Shown: piece after piece, positions 16,152-20,540 of the stretch | How the letters are laid out: every line of letters begins with the position of its first letter | Position numbering within the stretch: the first letter of the stretch is position 1 | Assembly: GCA_048939725.1 (NCBI GenBank) | Contig: JBHLPG010000050.1 | Span: forward strand, 1-20,540 | Direction: 5' to 3' | DNA length: 20,540 nt | Source: Promethearchaeota archaeon | GTDB lineage: Archaea; Asgardarchaeota; Heimdallarchaeia; Hodarchaeales; Hodarchaeaceae | The notes under the pieces: generated by a model | Told to the model about the DNA's origin: nothing | The model's database searches: none | Seen by the model: only the letters and a program-made list of their open reading frames with translations | Position numbers and translations under genes: made by a program

Positions 16152-17340
16152 TAAGAAGAGGCTATTTTTGACCAATAATACTTATATAATAACACCTACC
16201 CAAAAAATGACAAAAAATCACGCTGTAGAATTCTTAAATCAAAACAGGTTAGATGTAGTTGATACATGGAGGAAATCAGCTCAATCTATTACAGACCGAG
16301 TTTATCAACGGCGAATTACATTCACAACCAATGTTTTTCTACCTTTAACCTTTCTTTGTAGAAATGCGTGTCATTATTGCGGATTTCGTCAATCTAAAGT
16401 GCCTAAAGGTCAGGAATATTTAAAACCAGAGAAAATAGAAACGATTCTTGCTAGAGCAAAACGATTACGGGTATCTGAAGTCTTAATCACAATGGGAGAC
16501 AAGCCTGAGCAAAAATATCCAAATGCAAAAAAATGGTTACAAACGCATGGTTTTGACTCTACGATAGATTACACGCATTTTATTGCAAAAAAAGCATTAA
16601 AATATGAACTTTTACCCCATATTAATGCGGGTACATTAACTATTGACGATCTAACTCGCCTACGTGAAGTATCTGCGAGTATAGGATTAATGCTTGAAAC
16701 TACAAGTCTAAGACTAACACAAAACGGATTCCCCCACGATCAATCACCTGATAAAACTCCAGAGAAACGAAAGCGGACTATTGCTCTCGCAGGACAATTG
16801 AAAATTCCCTTTACAACTGGAATTCTAGTAGGAATAGGAGAAACTCTAGAAGAGATAGTAGATAGTCTTTTTACTTTAAAATGTCTTTATCAGGAATATC
16901 AACATCTCCAAGAAGTCATAATTCAAAACTTTCAACCTCAGAAAGATACTCGAATGGCAAATTCCGCCCCTCCTTCAGTTGAACTGATAGAGAAAATTTT
17001 AATTGTAGCCCGTCACATCCTTCCTGCAGAAATCTCAATTCAAATTCCACCAAATCTTATTAAGGGGTACGAAAAGCGATTCCTACGAGCAGGGATGTCT
17101 GATTGGGGAGGAATATCCTCAATTTCATCAGATTATATAAATCCAGATCATACCTGGCCCTTGCAGTCGGAATTAAATCAAATAACTGAGGAAGCAGGGT
17201 ATTCCCTACAAGAAAGACTCCCAGTCTACCCTCGTTACATTAATGTAGATTGGTTATCAGTGCAAATTTACCAGTTAATTAAGCAAAAAAAGCTGAAAAC
17301 AAGGATGGTTATCGAAAACGGTGCATCAGGCGGATTTTGA
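16141..17340 (+). CDS. cofG: FO synthase subunit CofG (radical SAM)
   Basis: 399 aa; radical-SAM cysteines in LCRNACHYCGF, VLITMGDKPE, GLMLETTS, TGILVGIGET, VIIQNFQPQ. Confidence 0.95.
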   Translation: MLFSKKRLFLTNNTYIITPTQKMTKNHAVEFLNQNRLDVVDTWRKSAQSITDRVYQRRITFTTNVFLPLTFLCRNACHYCGFRQSKVPKGQEYLKPEKIETILARAKRLRVSEVLITMGDKPEQKYPNAKKWLQTHGFDSTIDYTHFIAKKALKYELLPHINAGTLTIDDLTRLREVSASIGLMLETTSLRLTQNGFPHDQSPDKTPEKRKRTIALAGQLKIPFTTGILVGIGETLEEIVDSLFTLKCLYQEYQHLQEVIIQNFQPQKDTRMANSAPPSVELIEKILIVARHILPAEISIQIPPNLIKGYEKRFLRAGMSDWGGISSISSDYINPDHTWPLQSELNQITEEAGYSLQERLPVYPRYINVDWLSVQIYQLIKQKKLKTRMVIENGASGGF

Positions 17341-18460
17341 GGAAATTAATCTTCGAATAGCCAAGAAAGAGATTCAATGTATCCTTAGAAGAGCATTGGA
17401 TGAACAGGGGCCAACAGTTGAAGAATTATCTGTTTTATTTTCAGCACAGGGGCGCGAAATTTATCTATTGGCTCAAGTAGCTGACATCATTAGGGAACGT
17501 CAGGTTGGATCGGTTATCACTTATGTAGTAAATCGCAATATTAACTTTACAAATGTCTGTACCAACAATTGTCTCTTCTGTGCTTATTCAGTTCCACCTG
17601 ATTCAATTACAGGGTATATAGATATTTCAATTGACACTTTACGGGAAAAAATCGAAGAAACACTCCCCTATCACATTACTGAAGTCTGTGTTCAAGGGGG
17701 AATCCATCCAGAAATAACATTTGAAACCTATATCGAAATTCTTCAAAATCTCAAAGAGATTGATTCAAATCTTCACATCCATGCTTTTTCTCCTCAAGAG
17801 ATTACTCATGCAGCTAATTCTATAGGGGAAGATGTTGAAGAGGTTTTGAGGGAATTTAAACGAAAAGGCTTAGATTCTATACCAGGTACAGCTGCTGAGA
17901 TCCTTGATGACAAAATTCGGAGAATTATTTGCCCTCAAAAGATCAATAGCTCGAACTGGATTAATATTATCGAATTAAGTCATCAATTGGGGATTCCAAC
18001 AACAGCAACAATTCTATTTGGACATATTGAGAATTCCAATCACTGGATACATCACCTCACATTATTACAGAAGATACAAGAGAAGACAAAAGGCTTCACA
18101 GAATTTATTCCGCTCCCATTTATTGCCGAAAATACTCAATTGAAGTCAAAATTTTCCTCCCAAATCAATGAACTAACTGGTTTGGATTATATGAAGTTTT
18201 ATGCTATTTCTCGGTTGTATTTAGGAGACAGTTTCAAGAATATTCAAACATCTTGGGTGAAGCTAGGTTTTCCACTGGCTCAAATTACATTAACAACTGG
18301 ATGTAATGATTTTGGCGGAACTTTATTTGAGGAAAATATCACTCGATCAGCTGGAGGGCGATTCGGGCAACTAACTACCCCCGAAAAATTTCAGTCGTAT
18401 ATTCTGCAGCTAGAAAGAACCGCGTGTGAGCGAGGGACATTGTACAACCTCTTGTGTTAA
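17321..18460 (+). CDS. cofH: FO synthase subunit CofH (radical SAM)
   Basis: 379 aa, GTG start overlapping cofG by 20 nt; NVCTNNCLFCAYS, TEVCVQGGIHPE, GLDSIPGTAAEILDD, TILFGHIE. Confidence 0.95.
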   Translation: MHQADFEEINLRIAKKEIQCILRRALDEQGPTVEELSVLFSAQGREIYLLAQVADIIRERQVGSVITYVVNRNINFTNVCTNNCLFCAYSVPPDSITGYIDISIDTLREKIEETLPYHITEVCVQGGIHPEITFETYIEILQNLKEIDSNLHIHAFSPQEITHAANSIGEDVEEVLREFKRKGLDSIPGTAAEILDDKIRRIICPQKINSSNWINIIELSHQLGIPTTATILFGHIENSNHWIHHLTLLQKIQEKTKGFTEFIPLPFIAENTQLKSKFSSQINELTGLDYMKFYAISRLYLGDSFKNIQTSWVKLGFPLAQITLTTGCNDFGGTLFEENITRSAGGRFGQLTTPEKFQSYILQLERTACERGTLYNLLC

Positions 18461-18698
18461 TAAAGCTTTAAATTAGGATAATTAAACTCTTTAAGCAAGA
18501 ATTGAAAGTTAGAAAACGAAATCATAAAGTTACTAATCACATTTAGTTCAAAGAAAGATCTAAATACTGTATATAGACCATACTCCCATAAAAACACGAA
18601 ATAATAACATATCATTTATTATAAAGCTTATAAAGTTCTTATAAAAGCAACCTATAATTATCAGTGGCTTCGAGATTCCCATTAAATAAGGTCTGACA

Positions 18699-19070
18699 AT
18701 GCCTGAGGAGAAGAAAAGGATCTTAATTGTTGATGATGAGGAAGATACCCTCGAAATGCTTAGTACAATCTTAGAACATGAAGATTATGAAACTTGGAGA
18801 GCAACAAACGGGAAAGAAGCATTAGAATTAGCAAAAAAGAATCCTGATCTCATACTTTTAGATATAAGAATGCCAGGAGTCTCTGGACTTGAAGTATGCC
18901 GTCGGTTGAAACAAGATGATGAGTTTAAGCACATTCCGATTATTATTTTCTCTGCTAAAGTATTAAGTCATGATATAGAGCTCGGATTAAACGCGGGAGC
19001 CAATGAATATCTCACAAAGCCATTTAGCACAAAAGAACTTACTCAGTTAATTAAAAAATACATTTCTTGA
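18699..19070 (+). CDS. Stand-alone response-regulator receiver domain protein
   Basis: 123 aa; ILIVDDEEDT, LILLDIRMPGVSGLEV, IIFSAK and LTKPFS are the canonical CheY-like D, T/S and K positions. Confidence 0.93.
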   Translation: MPEEKKRILIVDDEEDTLEMLSTILEHEDYETWRATNGKEALELAKKNPDLILLDIRMPGVSGLEVCRRLKQDDEFKHIPIIIFSAKVLSHDIELGLNAGANEYLTKPFSTKELTQLIKKYIS

Positions 19071-19174
19071 AATACCCCGACAAATCATTGATAAGTTTTC
19101 AATTAAATAAGTTGATAACTTAATTAAATCTCTTGTAAAATTAGAATGTATTCTCTAGGATTGAGGCGAAATTA

Positions 19175-20227
19175 GTGGTTCTTGTTGTTATCCTTGCAGG
19201 AGGAGGAGGTGAACGTTTGTGGCCAATATCCCGCAAAAATCAACCCAAACAATTCATTTCTCTCGATGGAAAACAGTCTTTAATACAGCGAACATTTGAA
19301 ATTGCTAGTGAAATAGCAGGAGAAGAAAGCATTGTTGTATCTACTAGAAATGAATTAACATCAATTATTCAAGAACAATTACCCAAGGCTCGAATGGTTG
19401 TAGAGCCAATAGGTCGAGATTCAGCTGCTGGAATGGGATTTGTGTGTGCTCACCTTCTTCACAAGAATAAAGATGAAGTTACATTATTTATGGGAGCAGA
19501 TTATCATATTCCAGATTTAAGACACTTCAAAGAGGTTTTAGCCATAGCAATTAAAATGGCAGAAAAAGGTAGGATTTCGACAATTGGAATAAAACCTAGT
19601 CGTGTTGAGACTCGCTTTGGGTATATTAGTCCCGGAAAGATGATTAACGAATCTCCTATTCCTGTATTTGAAGTTGAGAGTTTCAAGGAAAAACCAGATG
19701 AGATTAAAGCACAAGAATATATTGACAGTGGATATCTATGGAATTCGGGGATGTTTATTGTCAAACCATCAATTTTATATCAAAAGATACGTCAATATTT
19801 GCCCACATTATATCAAGCTCTTGAGCGAATAAAAGAAGCAGATTTTGAAGAAACTGAAGCTTATAATGCTTTCAAACCTCTTCCTAAGGTTTCCATTGAT
19901 TACGGAATAATGGAAAAGACATCTGATTTAGTGGTAATTAAGGGAGAATTTCATTGGGATGATATTGGAACCTGGGATTCCTTAGATCGCATATTAAAAA
20001 CAGATTCTAATGGAAATATAATACAAGGAGATTTTTTGGGTCTAGAAGTACAAAATAATGTTGTTTTTGGAGAAAAACCAGTTATAATGCTGGGTATTTC
20101 CAACATAGTCCTAATTGATACACAGGATTGTGTGTTTGTTTGTCATCGCAACAGAGCACGTGAGATTAAACGCATAACGGAGAAACTCACAAAAGATCCA
20201 AATTTAAGGCATTTATTAGCCTATTAA
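19175..20227 (+). CDS. manC: Mannose-1-phosphate guanylyltransferase
   Basis: 350 aa; VVILAGGGGERLWPISRKNQPKQFISL, VVEPIGRDSAAGMGF, VESFKEKPD, YLWNSGMFI, IDYGIMEKT, WDDIGTWDSL. Confidence 0.93.
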   Translation: MVLVVILAGGGGERLWPISRKNQPKQFISLDGKQSLIQRTFEIASEIAGEESIVVSTRNELTSIIQEQLPKARMVVEPIGRDSAAGMGFVCAHLLHKNKDEVTLFMGADYHIPDLRHFKEVLAIAIKMAEKGRISTIGIKPSRVETRFGYISPGKMINESPIPVFEVESFKEKPDEIKAQEYIDSGYLWNSGMFIVKPSILYQKIRQYLPTLYQALERIKEADFEETEAYNAFKPLPKVSIDYGIMEKTSDLVVIKGEFHWDDIGTWDSLDRILKTDSNGNIIQGDFLGLEVQNNVVFGEKPVIMLGISNIVLIDTQDCVFVCHRNRAREIKRITEKLTKDPNLRHLLAY

Positions 20228-20258
20228 TTAGCTCAAAACGATAATTTCATAATAAATT

Positions 20259-20540
20259 ATGGTCATTTCAATGGAAAAGTCAAAACAGGACACTTTAGCC
20301 CAAATTTTAAGTTTTCGTTCATTTGTTTTTGCGATAATACTAGCTATATTCGTTTATCTTCTGATCATGATATTAAGTGATTGGGAAGAGCTGATAATAC
20401 AAATCATCCGTATTGACCCAGTTATAGTCATACTAGCTACGTTTTTGAGTCTAGGAAATTATTTCTGTCGATTTTTTAAATGGCTTCTATTCACACAAAG
20501 CCTAGAACTTGATATCCCATTGATAGAAAATTTTTTGATT
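20259..20540 (+). CDS. N-terminal part of a second UPF0104/LPG-synthase-TM-like flippase protein (truncated by window edge)
   Basis: Not in the supplied track. Manual translation: MVISMEKSKQDTLAQILSFRSFVFAIILAIFVYLLIMILSDWEELIIQIIRIDPVIVILATFLSLGNYFCRFFKWLLFTQSLELDIPLIENFLI, open to the edge. The TM layout and 'LGNYFCRFFKW' resemble the start of this family. Confidence 0.55.
   Translation, partial: MVISMEKSKQDTLAQILSFRSFVFAIILAIFVYLLIMILSDWEELIIQIIRIDPVIVILATFLSLGNYFCRFFKWLLFTQSLELDIPLIENFLI

Noticed and set aside
18600-18690. Repeated TATAAAG/TTATAAAA units upstream of the receiver gene, considered as an array
   Set aside because: Only a few irregular AT-rich copies; more likely promoter/TATA context than a CRISPR or iteron array.
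1-20540. CRISPR array, restriction-modification, toxin-antitoxin or defence island
   Set aside because: No regularly spaced repeats or recognisable nuclease/methylase/toxin pairs. The AbrB-like ORF has no adjacent toxin-like partner, and the methyltransferases look like small-molecule class I types.

Overview
The window reads as an ordinary archaeal chromosome segment. Archaeal-type F420 genes, archaeal/eukaryotic primase genes and frequent GTG/TTG starts all point that way, and the unusually eukaryote-like primase suggests an Asgard lineage (inference). From left to right I see: a partial multi-pass membrane glycosyltransferase-like gene; a small AbrB-like protein; a free-standing two-motif LAGLIDADG protein; a decayed partial paralogue of the first gene; a UPF0104/LPG-synthase-TM flippase-like protein; a class I methyltransferase; an overlapping priL-priS primase pair; DinB, VOC and HxlR genes; a 27-codon methyltransferase tail remnant; a secreted, Ser/Thr-rich, C-terminally anchored protein; a second methyltransferase; lipoate-protein ligase; a tnpB interrupted by an in-frame TGA with a structured 3' region resembling an omega/reRNA; an F420 biosynthesis cluster (cofD, DUS-like TIM-barrel, cofC, cofG, cofH); a stand-alone receiver protein; mannose-1-phosphate guanylyltransferase; and the start of a second flippase-like protein. 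No CRISPR array, rRNA or tRNA was supported. The observations most worth follow-up are the eukaryote-like primase motifs, the truncated TnpB with retained candidate guide RNA, the 20-bp perfect palindrome between HxlR and VOC genes, and two gene remnants that each lie one ORF or more away from an intact paralogue. I did not find a convincing new multi-gene system.
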